Assembly (NCBI GenBank): GCA_900088475.1 | Contig: FLMG01004655.1 | Span: 5,424 to 69,423 of the forward strand | Reading direction: 5' to 3' | Length of the DNA stretch: 64,000 nucleotides | DNA from: Hyphochytrium catenoides | Lineage: Eukaryota > Protista > Hyphochytriomycota | Shown here: in pieces, positions 35,521-47,978 of the stretch | Layout: the number at the start of each line of letters is the position of its first letter | How positions within the stretch are numbered: position 1 is the first letter of the stretch | The notes under the pieces: generated by a model | What the model saw: only the letters and a program-made list of their open reading frames with translations | The model's database searches: none | Told to the model about the DNA's origin: nothing | Translations under genes and position numbers: made by a program

Positions 35521-38500
35521 CTATCCCTCCGGAAGTGGAGCAGGGGCTTCCCACTGAGACTCCCCAGTAATACTGTTGTAGTAGTAGACCTTTCCACTGT
35601 CTCCATCAATGGCTTCCATCCAGTTTGGTGGTAGTACTCTACCGCTTCCCTCGCTGCCCTGTGGGTCAGTAGTGGAATGGTTCAAACCTGCCTTTGCAGA
35701 GTGCTCACTGGAAGCCAATGAACTTATCAAGCCTTCGCAGTGCTTGAAGCCAATATCCCGAGCCAGCGCAAAAGCGGAAAGGCCCAACTTGTTCTGAGTG
35801 TCCTTCATGCCAGTGCCCATGTTGATAAGGGCTTGTACACACGCAGCATAGCCTCTCTGTGCTGCAATATGCAATGGACTATCCCCATTCTCGTCAACCA
35901 GGTGGACGGATTCTGGAGCCGTCTCAAGCAGGTACAAACACATATCTTCTTCACCCCTCTCGCAAGCATAGTGCAAGGGAGTTCTCGCTGCATGATCAGG
36001 CGTAATAAGATCTGCACCGTGCTGGGCAAGTAATTCGAGGATGCGTCTGGAGACAGCCATGTGTGCCGGGGTCATCCCGGCGTAGTTACAGACTCCCACC
36101 TTGGCCTCGCTACTCAAAAGGAAGTCAACAACTTCAAAGGCATCATTCGCGGCGGCTACGTGTAGAGCCGTATCTCCTGCATATAATCTTAGGGCTTAAA
36201 GTGCTATCAATTGGAAGAAGGGATAGGCTCGCACCTCTATTATCTCCGACATCAATCCACTGAGGCGCAAAACTGAGTAAAAGGGCAAGGCATTGCAACT
36301 GGTTGGTTGCTGCCGCATAATACAAAGGAGTCCGCCCGTACTGGTCCATAGTGAAGACGTCGAACCAGTCGGTAAAATACTCTAAGCATTCAAAGTGCCC
36401 GGCACTGGCAGCGGCGTGTGCGGAGGTTGCGAATTCTGAATTCATGCAGCTTGTGCAGGGAATTGCACCAGCGACAGCCTCTGGACTCCACAGGGAAAGA
36501 ACGCACCTTGGATAAAAGAGAGACAAAGATTGGTCACAAACACAGGGAGGGGGCTACAATCAATCCCAAAACTGTGGAAAAAGGCCATCAGGATATTGAG
36601 GTACCACAAGGAGAGGATAAATAGAAGCATGGGGGGTAAGTAGGCCTCACCCCATGTATCCTGTGCCACCCCACTCCTTCGGCGTCATGGTGAGCGTCAG
36701 CAGCTTCCATTGTCCCTCTTCCCATCGCTGCACGGTCACCTTGATGGGTTTATTCATGTTCAACTCCACCTCCTCAAGAACGGCCTTCAGGTCATTGTGA
36801 TTCTCATGGCTGACTGATCCGAAAGTCGTCAAGTAGTCGTAGGCTCGTAACCCGGCAGCTTCTGCTGGAGAATCGGGGGATACGGCATCAATAACTGAAA
36901 ATGGGTAGGGTAGCTGGCCTGTGCTCGAGGTTGTACCAGACCGGGGTCCGTAGGTGGCAAGACTAGAAGCCTCTTGTAGATAGGTAACGTCCTCTGTTCC
37001 GCCTTCATAGTCGGAGGGTGACCAGGGCGTAATACTGCAACCCAGCAGTCCAGAACCTGACCAAGCGTGAGGAACTAGAGGCAGAGTCATTGTGATCCAT
37101 TCGTTTGCCATCCACCGTTGTAGAGTGACGAGAATCTCCCTGCCTTCGTTCTCCTTCACTTCTGTCAGTATACTCTTGAGGTTCTCCTGACAAGAGGAGG
37201 CCGTTACACTGCCAAACGACAGAATATAGTCTCCGACAAACAGACCTGCATCAGACGCAGGAGATCCCTCAGCGATTGAGTCCACTGCTGCAAAGGGCTG
37301 CATAGGTTCTTCTTCTGGCCCCGAAACTCCGTTAGTGGCGTATTCCTCTTCCTGAGCTTGGATAAGAGACAGCTCACAGCCGATCAGACCCTTGCCGCTC
37401 CATTTTTTGGGTTTAATTACTAATCGAAGAAGTGAACTTTCCCAGCCCTGAAAGCGCTGGACCCAGATACCCAGTTCTTGTCCCTCCGTAAGCCTTATGA
37501 GCTCCACAATTGGAGTCATGGAGTCTTTACAAGTTGTCTCATTGAGCGAGCCGATTTGAATGACCAAATCGCCAGGGGCAAGGCCAGCTTCTTCAGCAGG
37601 AGAAGATGGATGGACGACGTCAATTGTGGCGAAAGGAGAATGCGGTGGGCAATCCTGTACGCCATCATCTACAACATGACTTACAGAGAGCCTTCCAGTT
37701 GGTAAAGGTGCAGAAACCTCAACAGGCGGGCCATCTTCTTGAACTGCCACCAAAGAGCAACCTATTAACCCTTCTCCCGCCCAAGGAGCGGGAGTTAGCT
37801 GAAGCTTCACAATTTGCGAGTCATCTCCTCCGTCCGTTTTGCGGACAATATGGACTGTGATTTCTTGATTCTCTACGCTCTTAAGATATTCTTGGACCTC
37901 GGTCTCCGAAAAGGGTTTACCGCCTGGTTCTATAGATAGGGTTCCAAGGCAGAGCACAGAGTCGCCGTCTTGGAGTCCTGCCTGAGCAGCAGGAGAATTC
38001 ACGAGCACGTTTTGAACTCTTAACCAAAGAGGTATCGGGAGATCTTTGGAATCCTTTCCAAAGGACCCTTGCTCCTTGACCGTTATGGCGAGACCTCGGT
38101 CTGTGCTGGCGGTCCTTTCGATTGGTGAGACGACTTGAGTTGTTTGTTCGCAAGGGGCTTCTTTGTCCTTTTGCGGCACGGTAGTACATTGCTGTTGGCA
38201 AACCGAAGTAGAGCCAGACACCTGGTCATCTTCAATAGTCTTCGAGTTCACAGACTCAGAAATTGACCGTTGACCTTCATCCTCAGGAGAGCCCGTTCTC
38301 CCCTCCTTAGCTACGGTATCAAGATTGGAAGCCTGATCTGATTTGTCCGCCGCACTCGTCTCACTCTTTATGGTGGAGCTTACAGGCTCCGCCGATGAGA
38401 CTACTTCGCCTTGTTGTTGTCCAGGGTTGACAAGACGATTATCGGCACTCTGAGAAAGAGAAATCGCGGCTTGAATCTCCTTCAATTTGCTATCCACCGC

Positions 38501-41500
38501 ACGAAATTCTATGTAGAGCGGTCTTATTTTGGCCTTCTCTTCCGTGGTAGGTTTACGCTTGTGTTGAAACTCAAATGTGGAGCACCAACCACTTATTTCA
38601 GCTTTGAGCGCGTTGTGGCGATGCTGATAGTGCGTCAGTGCCTGCTGTAGCTCCTCAAATGGTACCCTTTCAGGAGAGCTCTGTTTGCCAAGACCTATAG
38701 AGAGAGTACCACAATGGATGTCATGTCAAGTATCAGGCGGACATCTTTCTGTTGGCCATGCTCGCGTTCTACTTCCTCTAACCCTCATGAAGTTCCACTT
38801 ACTCTCTGACTTTACTGCTGTTTGCTCTTTCTGGCTTAATAAGTTGATGGTCTTATCAAGAGCATCAAACAACCTAAACAGCGGCTGAAGCGTCTTCTTT
38901 TCTGTCAGGTCTATAAGCGACAGGGAAGTTTGAAGGGTGTTAGCTAAGTAGGCCAATCTGAAAGGAGCTACGGGCCGAAGGCTATTTGGTACAGAACGTA
39001 GACCATCCCTGTAAACTTCTTGACGGGCGTCAAGAACGTACGGTTAGGGGTTGTGGCGGGTAGTGGCACTACCGTGGAGTGTTAGCCGTCCAGAACCAAA
39101 AACGTGACGCCCGACGGGCTACAACGCAGCGACGCAGTACCTGGATCCTTGCCACTCCTCGTCTTGCATGTCTCCATCCATTTCTTTATGATGAGCTTAA
39201 CCTCTCGCTTGTACTTCACAAATTTGTCTCGAGCTTCAGCGTCCTTATACTTCTCTGGGTGCGCTTGGCAATCATTCACTCGGCGTACAATTTTCTCCAC
39301 TACGGCCAAATGGTCCATAGGTATATGCGACTAGAGACGGAGGCGGATAAATTACGTTTAGAAACTCAGATAGAGACAGATTGTGGCAAAGAAAGAACGT
39401 TTTAGGGCAGAGTAACGCAATAGAAGCCTACACTTCTAGTGTGGATAGGTACAACCTTCAAACAATGTAGAGTTCGTTCCAGAGATACGATCTCTTCTCC
39501 TTGTTGTGTGGGGCCAGCGGGTTGCTCTATAGTTGCCATTCTGGTCTTAAGTTTCAGATGGTACTCCTCTAAAAGGTGGAACCGCACAAAGTGTTGCTTT
39601 ATCTCCTTCTTATCTTCAGTAGTAGGGTCTCTTCCATGTGTCTCCTTGAAGTTTGTGATCCATTCCTTTACCTTGCTCTTGATTGCAGCTTTATCAGCGA
39701 CACAACGCTGCTCTTCATCCCTCAACTTCTCGGCTGAAAAATTGCATAGATCAGCTGGTGTCCCCAAGCTCTCTTTCTGAATGGCATTTCTTCTTTTGGG
39801 AGATGGCGGGGCCAGGGCAGAAGCCTGGGTGGTCGGTGCTTGAGTAGAGTTCTCTGATCGTCCTTCTATCTTCACAGCAATTGGGTTTGGTGGCTGCTGT
39901 TTGAAAGTGGGCGCTGATGATGACAAACCAAGCGCTGGAGCTGTTTCCAGATTAGCTGGGTCAGGCGAAGGCACACTCGCGACTGGTATTGGGGAGAGCG
40001 TGCTGTCGCAAGCGGCTCCCGCTTGAATTATCTCTGCTTGAGGTATCTCTTCACATTTTTTCGACCGGGGGCCAGTGTCGTTGGCCTCAACGATTGCGAG
40101 CTCTTCAGTGGCCAGCTGCTCTGATCTCCTAGCAACCTCTTGAATTCTCTCTTCCAGATCCTTGTACTGGCGATAAATAGCGGAAATCGCCTCCTTGTCC
40201 GTACGATCTGGGTCCCTCCCTACAAAGGATTTCCGGCAATTTGTCAGTTCGGTTGAGAGAACAGCCCTTTCAACCTTGACCAGATCATCTACCCCAAGAA
40301 GTACCTTCTCGAGCTCGAAAAGCGACAACCCAATCCGATATGGTGGACTTAATAGCCTTCTTCAGCTTCAATAACCTGCGGAGCTCAACCCCAAGCTGGG
40401 GTCGACTCATCTTGCTAAGGTCTTGAAACTGGCCCTGAAGAGTAACATCCAGACATTGTAACTGCGGTGTTTGAATAGAGTTTCCTTTTCCATCTCCAGA
40501 AAGGGAGGTTTCTGAAAAGGGGGCTTCCTTATCCCTCTCATTCGCTGTGTCTGCCATTTTGACCTGATGGTTAGGTGTGGGAGGACCGGATTTAATCGGC
40601 GACGGTGGCTTCAAAGGAGAAGATGGTCTTATTGGGGAGGCTGGTCTCTGTTCAGTTGGCTGGGGACCAGGTTGCCGCTGCTGCAGCACTTTAAGTGCTT
40701 TTTCCTCTATCCGAAACTGCTTCAATGCCACCTGCTGCTCGTCATTCGTCTGGCTTCCCGATCCCTGCTGGTCTCTACGATGATGTCGGGGATTGGTGGC
40801 GTAAACCATGGTTAGCTTGTAAAGCTCCATGTTGGGGCTTCGTATCCTGTGCACGTACCGAATGTGGCGAATCCTGCTCTGCTTCTCTTCCTGTAGCCTT
40901 TTCATCTCCAACTTCTTCCGCTTTAGTTCTTCCAGCTCTTTCGCTTTCTGTTCCCTGAAGGAGTGAAGGATATAGCTCAACGTGCTTCCCTCTTCCCTGT
41001 GTACAGACCGTAATAATCACACCTTTTGCGCTTTGCGGATTCCTCTTCCAACAATTCCTGCTCTCTTTCCCACTCTTGGATTTTCCGTTCCTGTTCTGCG
41101 ATTGCAGCTAACCGGACAGACTCGGTTTTCAAAAACTGGCGATACTCATCTGTACTTAGAGTAAGTACGGTCTCATGGGTTACACTATGTCCAGTTCCAG
41201 GAGAGGTGAAGCAGTTACCTGACAGCCTATCTTCCCTCATCATCCTCACTTCGTCCTCTTTCCTACGAATCTCCTCTCTGAGAACTGATCGCTCCAGCTC
41301 TCTTGCCTGGCAAATGAGAGTCAATCCCACAGTCAGGGGTATCCGAGCCTAAAGTGGGGTAGTGTACCTCTTGCTCTAGCCGCTCCGCCTCCTTTCTCTT
41401 TCTCTCCTCTGCCTCAAGCATCGCTTGCCGCCGCTGTTCCAGCTCTTTTTTATGCTTTTGCACCCTCTCTTCTGACTCGCGAGCTTGCCTCTCTTTCTCA

Positions 41501-42425
41501 AGTCTATAGAGAAAGCCTTTAGCTTCATAGAAAATTGTGGACAACTTGAGAGTAGGCTTGCCTTATCTGCTCCTGAATTCGCCTCTTCCTCTCTTCCTTT
41601 TCGACCTCTTTCTGGTTGTCTTTCTCTGCAGCCAGGACTTTCCTCATTCTGTCTTCTTCTTGCTCCATGCGGAGTCTTTCTTCTCGCTGACGAAGCCGAC
41701 GTTCACCCTCGGCTGCACAAAATAAATCTATTGAGAGACGGATATTGATCTGTGTTACCATAAGCAGTGCTGACGTTTGTAGGTGTAGTCCTCAGCTTCC
41801 ATGGTCTTTACTTCCATTCGGCGCCTCAGTTCTTCAATGCGAATATCTCGCTGCCTCTTATTCTCCGCGGCGACGCTGATATCACGGTCCTTCTGCATCC
41901 TCGAGACATGCTACATTCCAAGCGACTAGGGGTGAATGGACGAATACTTAGAGCATTTTCACTTTCACTGATACGCCAACCTGTAGCATGCTGAATCTGT
42001 CCGTAGGCATGCGAATCTTCTGTGCAGCAGATGAGCTGGTAGGCATTCCTTGCCCTGCGGTTGTAGAGAGAAAGAGGTCAGTCTCTGATAAGGCGGAGAA
42101 GACTGATAGTGGAGAGACCCCCGCACCACTAGCAAACACTGTGGGTGCACTAGGAGTCTGGCCTTCCCGAGAACCGGAAGCTCTGTTGAGTGAGACAAGA
42201 GCCAATTTTGGGAGTGTTAGACCACACGCTGCGATCAACACTTTTATAAAAATATCGTCGAGGATTTTACCGCAGGTCGCCATTGTTGTCGGCCTCAGGA
42301 TTCGTCTGGCTAGAGTTGATCTTTATCTCTCTGTACTGTGGTTTGCTGTCGGTCAAGGAGAGGTGTGGTTCTCTTTCGTGTTCGGAGGTGAACTCCTTCC
42401 GCCCAATCTGGATGGCTGTGGGCAT
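35521..42425 (-). CDS. Multidomain scaffold: coiled coil + 4x FAM13-like helical repeats + 4x PSMD9/Nas2-type PDZ + ankyrin repeats + WW (multi-exon)
   Basis: In-frame splice joins link the FAM13-like repeats, PDZ cluster and ankyrin part (e.g. GKDP|DLTEKK, ...YMG|CVLSL). PDZ units PF..V..V...SPA..AGL..GD...FG...LTP..W.G.GLLGC occur four times. Ankyrin motifs GRTPLYYAA, GMTPAHMA, RTPLHYAC, GDSPLHIAA. WW motif LPPNWMEAIDGDSGKVYYYNSITGESQWEAP. Start uncertain. Confidence 0.75.
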
Positions 42426-43165
42426 CCTTGGGTCAAAATAAGCTGCACACTATTCCCTTGTCCACAGGCCAGCCCTGCGATGACATCCAGGTGCTAGCTA
42501 CCAAGCCGGCGACAGATCATCCCACCAAAGGATCTGAAGACCCACACCTTAGATTAACTCTCAGCACACATGCCGACATTATGCTATACCTAATTCTCAG
42601 CGTTGTACAATAAAAGACAGCGCCTGCTTGAGAAGAGAACAGCATTTCGATGACAGTCTCGTGAGGATCTCATCATCAGGCTCTGCGATCAACTTCACAT
42701 GCCGAAAAGCTCATAAGAGGCAAGGAAGGAAGGGCTACGAGCTCAGAGCTCGGGGCAGAGGAGGAGGAAGAGAACGAAGACAAGGGCGTTACGGGATCAC
42801 CGGCCGTTAGCGGCCTCTCAACGAAATGTCTTCATGGTTATCATAGTCCTGCTTGCTGTACAGACTGGGAAGCTGAAGCTGCACTAAGAGCGCAAAGAGA
42901 CGACTTCTTCTCTTGCCTGACTGGCTGTCCTGCAGCGAAGCGAATAAACTCTCTTGCAAGTGCACACGGATCCCACATGCTCATCTTATGGCACCAAATC
43001 TGCTATCACCACCGTTGCAAACATCTCTTACCGCTATCTACCCGTTTGGTTTCGACACCGGTGGCTCCTCATACGGTTGGACTCCGGAAACACGAACACC
43101 CTGTCACTCTGGGAGGACTATCTTTTATATAAGAAGTTCTTAGCAGCACTGCAGTCTTTAGCTCA

Positions 43166-46100
43166 TCACTTAGTCCTCCGTTCACCTTCTCCCCCCTGGC
43201 CATCTACATTCTCAGCTTGATTTACTCCAGCCAGCTCCAATACATAATCAGGAATGTCAGGTCGCTGTTTGACAGACGTGTCCAGTACACTCTCGCAATA
43301 TCGCCTCAGGCTATGTCGCAGCTCTTCTCCTCCTTCCTCAAGTAGTTCAGATAGCTGCATTGGAACACATTTGGTTTTAGCCGCTTTATCTGTACGTTGC
43401 TCCACCCTTCCCGACCCACCTTGTCTACAGGTAGCTTTGTAAGTGCGATGCACCCCAGTGGCTGGATCATCTGCAGGATCTAAGTTAGATTGAGCTTACG
43501 GAATGCTTAAATAGCGAGCTTGAGAGAACTCTACGAAATGCTGAAGTACCAGCGAGAGGAGATCGACATCTTGCAAGTGTTGCCCGTAAAGTATACCTGA
43601 AAGCACTTTTTGACTCCAGTCCACAACTCTACGCTTTGCTCCCATACTTGACTGTCCACTAGCTGTGATAGAGCTTGTGCGGCGAAGTTCTAAGCAAGAC
43701 ATCATCAGCTGAACTCAAGACGAACCAAAAAGGTGGACATGCAAACCTTCAGCTTTGGCATGATACTAATCGCAGCCATGACCGTACTCAGAGTCATTCT
43801 AGGAATCGGATTCAGACCAAGCATTTCCTTGATGGCGGCTTCAATAACGTGCCTGCGTGACAAGCGCCCATAACCGTCAAGAGACTGTAGATGCACGCAC
43901 CTCCCATGCTCTCGGCTTTCCCCCATACCTGTTAAATACGTGAGGATGGTCAAAGCAGACTTTTCTAGCCTCTACGACATCACGTAAAGGGGCTTCTATT
44001 CGATGGAGTAGCACAAGGAGCTCCGCAGCCGACAGAGACCCGTTTTGATCCACCAAACGTGAAAAGCCGACCCAAACAATATCAGGCGACAAGGCTATCA
44101 CCGAAGGCAGTATCCTTTCAAGCTGAAGAAATAGTGGGAAACATCATTGACGCTGCCATCGGGGCCTTGGGGGGTCACGACTACCTACCTCTTCCATCTC
44201 GAAAGCATGGAGCACTGGCACCAGCAACCTCAGTTTAGTCGGGTCTTCCATGTATCTTTCTCTCAGAAGATCAACCTGTTAAGGTGTGGCCCCACTGTTT
44301 AGAACCAAGCTGTGGTCGGAAAATCAAGTAGTAGGGCGCACCATCTTCTGTTCTGGCTTTCGGCCGGACTGGGAAAGAATCTCCACGATCCTGAACACCA
44401 TGGGCAACCCCTCTTCAGCGAAATGTATCACTCGTTTTAGCACATCTGCGGCTCCGTACGCCTTATCTAAAGTACGTATGAGCCGCTCTATCTCCTTAAC
44501 GAAAGCTGCTTGAACTATTTCATTGGTCTTTGTGTAAACCTGCACTCAGATGATAAGGCTGAGAATCTTTGTTTTAAAGCTGAGTAGCCTTACCTCGGCC
44601 AGCCCCGTCAATAAATCGACATTTTTTGTGCAGACTGCCAGGTAGAGGTCTAGTCTAGCTTTTACCTCCTCATGGGTCGTCGGCATACCGTCATATAGTC
44701 TACTGGGTGAGCAGGCATCTAAACTTTCTCGATAAGCAAGAGCTTCGCTCTGCAAAACCTGAACTCCATTCTTTACCATTCCAGATTCCACTGAAGGTCA
44801 AACCTTAGTTTAAACCAAGCATGTCGGCTGTCGTCATAATCGAAAAGGCATACCTTCAACCTCGGATATCATGACGCTCTTCGGCTCGGAAGGCGTTTGG
44901 TCTGGAGGTAATGCAATGGACGTAATCGCTCCTCCCTCCACCATGGAGCTCAGAAGCGCGACAGCGGCACGTTCAATGCTTGGGACAATCTCACTTTTCT
45001 TGAACAGCTGATTAGCGATACAGCGGATCGACTTCTCACGCACTTCCTCAGCTGGAGCAGATGCGTAGAGTAACAACAAGCGAAGAGCTGCATCGCTTGC
45101 AAGGGGCCGCTGGAAGACTATATCCCTCAACGTCAAAATACCGAGATTAGTACCTTCTGGGTCTTCAACATACTCCTTCACCACCTCAAAGACTCCGGGT
45201 ATAACCTGAGGCAGCTGACTGATGATATCTCTAAACAGCTTCTTATCTGCTGCTTGCGACGGATCTAAGGTGCCCTTCAGCTTGCGCAAGAATCTGTTGA
45301 GCACCCTGCTGTACCTATCTAGCGTTGCTGACGGGCCTTCCGAAGATTGAATGACAAGATGTCGACTCTGATTTGCAAACTCTTGATAGAGCAGAGAGAG
45401 CGCTAATTTGTACCGTCCATGGGCATCTGCAACAATATGCGTAATAAGCTTGTCTGTGACAGGTGAAATCCAAGTTGTGCTAAGCGCTGGATCTTTGGAG
45501 CTTTCTATATCAGCTGAGTCAATTGAAGCCAGCCATTCATTGCATGCCATACGAGAGATGACAGCGTCGCGAAGGGCTGAACGCCCACCGACGATGGCTC
45601 CCTTCTCTGTCCGTCCCCTACAAATCCGGTGAAAAGCCCATTGGGCCATCTTCTTACAAACTTCAGGCTTCATTTCATTCGGCACCTTAACGACTACCTG
45701 GTTGTCATTATTCAAACCCACCATGCCCTNNNNNNNNNGAGAGAGCTTGTCTCAACCGACTCGCAACCATCTGTGCCTCCTGAGACGATAAGTCGGAGAA
45801 GTTTGTGAGACGTTACAGCGACTGTTAGACCTTGCCTTAAGTATACCTGAGGGGAGAAGATGAAGGTACTCTCAGAAGGGGGCGCGGTCCTCAGCCGAGG
45901 GTCCCTTGGACGGCCGTCACTTCCAGGCTCTGCGGACCCAATAGTTTCCAGAATTTGCTCTACTGGACGAGGACGAGTGTGACGGAGGCGGTCTTCGGGT
46001 GGTGGGCCAGGAATGTTGTGCATGTTGGCAAGAATAAGGTCTATCACACCGTCCAACGGTAGGGTCCTGATGTCTTGGTCAATACGAAGGGTGTTCGGTG

Positions 46101-47290
46101 AGGGCGGGTATGCCATGGAAGCGGGGTCCAGTCTCTGCCGCTTGCTAGCACGTTCGTCAATAATGATGCGCTCAGCGTAACCCGACATCCGTAGAGCATA
46201 GTGTTTAGCTCTCTCAGCTTGGTCATTGACCCCGTGTTCCCGAAGAATGGCAACTAGCAGCTCAGCGTGTTCCAGCATCGCTGGAGAGCGCAAAAGCTTC
46301 AAGAGGTAGCATCTGGTGGATAAAGCTAAGCTCTTCTGTTGAGAAGGTGACAGCTTTGTAAAGTCACGAAGTCGTTTGAGAACCTCACCCAACACCGGGC
46401 ATAATCGAGGTGCTGTGTAGGGCCTATGTGCAGCTATCAAACTAACCGAGTTAACGGCAATGTTGAGCTGGCGATGACTAAATGAGATCCTATGACCTCC
46501 ACCTGTTGAGGGCCCAACAAGGTAACGATGAAAAGGGGCAAGTAAATTCTCCGTCACAGTCCAAGGGCCTAACAGTCGCAGGACATCTTCAATATTGCTT
46601 ACCTGATGCGGTCAGATCGCCGAGAAACTTCAACAAATCTTCTCCTTCTCGCTTCAACGCAACACGGTCAATAACAGCGTTTGACAGCGGTATGTCTGCA
46701 ACGGTGAACTGATCGGGAATGGGCTTAGCTCTGGCCCTAGGGCCACGCGCAACTCGTGTGGGTTCGGAATAAATCAGGATTAACATGCAGTAGAGTTTTA
46801 CGGCATGGCATCGCACAACCTCGTGGTCAGAGTGTATGTAGTTAAGAAGCTTTTGCTTGACAAGTTGCAGACGCTCCCATAAGTCTTTTGCTGGAATGCT
46901 CATCCCGACGCTCATCGCTAAACTGGACGCTGGGCCCTGATGAGCTGCTACCATCTTCACAGCTCGCTTATAGAGAGCATTATTGATCTGAAAAACCTTC
47001 AAGATAACTCCCTCATTTTCATCCTCGCTCAAATGAATCATAGAGTCGAGCAATGATGGTAAATAGATTGTATCCCGGCGAACCGCATCCTCCAGGAACC
47101 CCAAAACCAAGCGTTTGATAGCCGGATAGCCATCTTCGAATTGGAACTCCAACACTCCAGGAACGGCGTAAGGTAGCAACGAAGAATCACGGGTAAGAGC
47201 AATATCACGGACTGCCTCAAGGTACCGGAGTTTATCAGCTTCCAAGGGGTTTACTCTGGCGCTAACAAGGTTCTGGTTGATGACCTCCAT
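43166..47290 (-). CDS. SYMPK: Symplekin/Pta1, mRNA 3'-end processing scaffold (multi-exon, contains an N gap)
   Basis: N-terminal HEAT region KLRYLEAVRDIALTRDSSLL...VLEFQ...IKRLVLGFLEDA. Middle LGILTLRDIVFQRP...EVREKSIR. C-terminal LSAAELLVLLHRI and NFAAQALSQLVDSQVWEQSVELWTGVKKC typical of symplekin. The last exon/stop is uncertain. Confidence 0.85.
45730..45738. other. Assembly gap (9 N) inside symplekin coding sequence
   Basis: Run of N in the sequence. Confidence 0.99.
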
Positions 47291-47785
47291 CGTCCCCAAA
47301 TGGGGGCTGCTCTAGAGCTAGCTGTCAGGAGCGGCTACTACAGCCTCGGATTGGACCGCCAGGCGCCACCAACTAAGTCAAGAGCCAATAATCCATACCC
47401 ATGGCGTCTCCGCCTACGACGTAGCAAGAGGTGACTGCGGCATCCTTGACGTTCAATGTGCAGAGTGTGCGGATATAACGATGATTAGAGGACGAAGAAG
47501 CGTCAGGTCCTTCAGATCAACAGATCCAGATCTTGAGAATGTGCCGGTGCTCACGCTTTTCTCGTGTCTGCTGGTGCTTGCTCTTGCCAGGTCTTGGTGC
47601 TATCCATCAGTGACCCAAATGGGCTACCCAGCTAACAATATTGTGTTGAGTGAGTACCCTAATGGGCGGTCCAAAGCATAACACTGATGAGAGCAATTTG
47701 TTCATGGGTTTCAAGATGTTCTCATCAGAGACCAAGGATGAATGATGTCGCAGACTGAGCTCTCTTCGGCGGACGTGACCCTGGT

Positions 47786-47808
47786 CCTTCACCTTCACCT
47801 TCACCTTC
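47786..47808 (+). repeat. (CCTTCA)n short hexamer repeat in the divergent symplekin / CS-gene intergenic region
   Basis: ccttcaccttcaccttcaccttc read directly. Confidence 0.7.
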
Positions 47809-47978
47809 GCCATGTAGTTCTACATCGCTGCTGACACTAAAGTTTCCCAGAGGTTGCAGACAGCTAGTACCTTGAAGGCTTGAGCATAACCCAGTGAGAG
47901 TCCGTCTATTCCGGTGTACAAGGGAAGCTGGTCCCGCAGACAACAGCTGCTATCCAGACTCAAGTTGTGAAAACCGCC

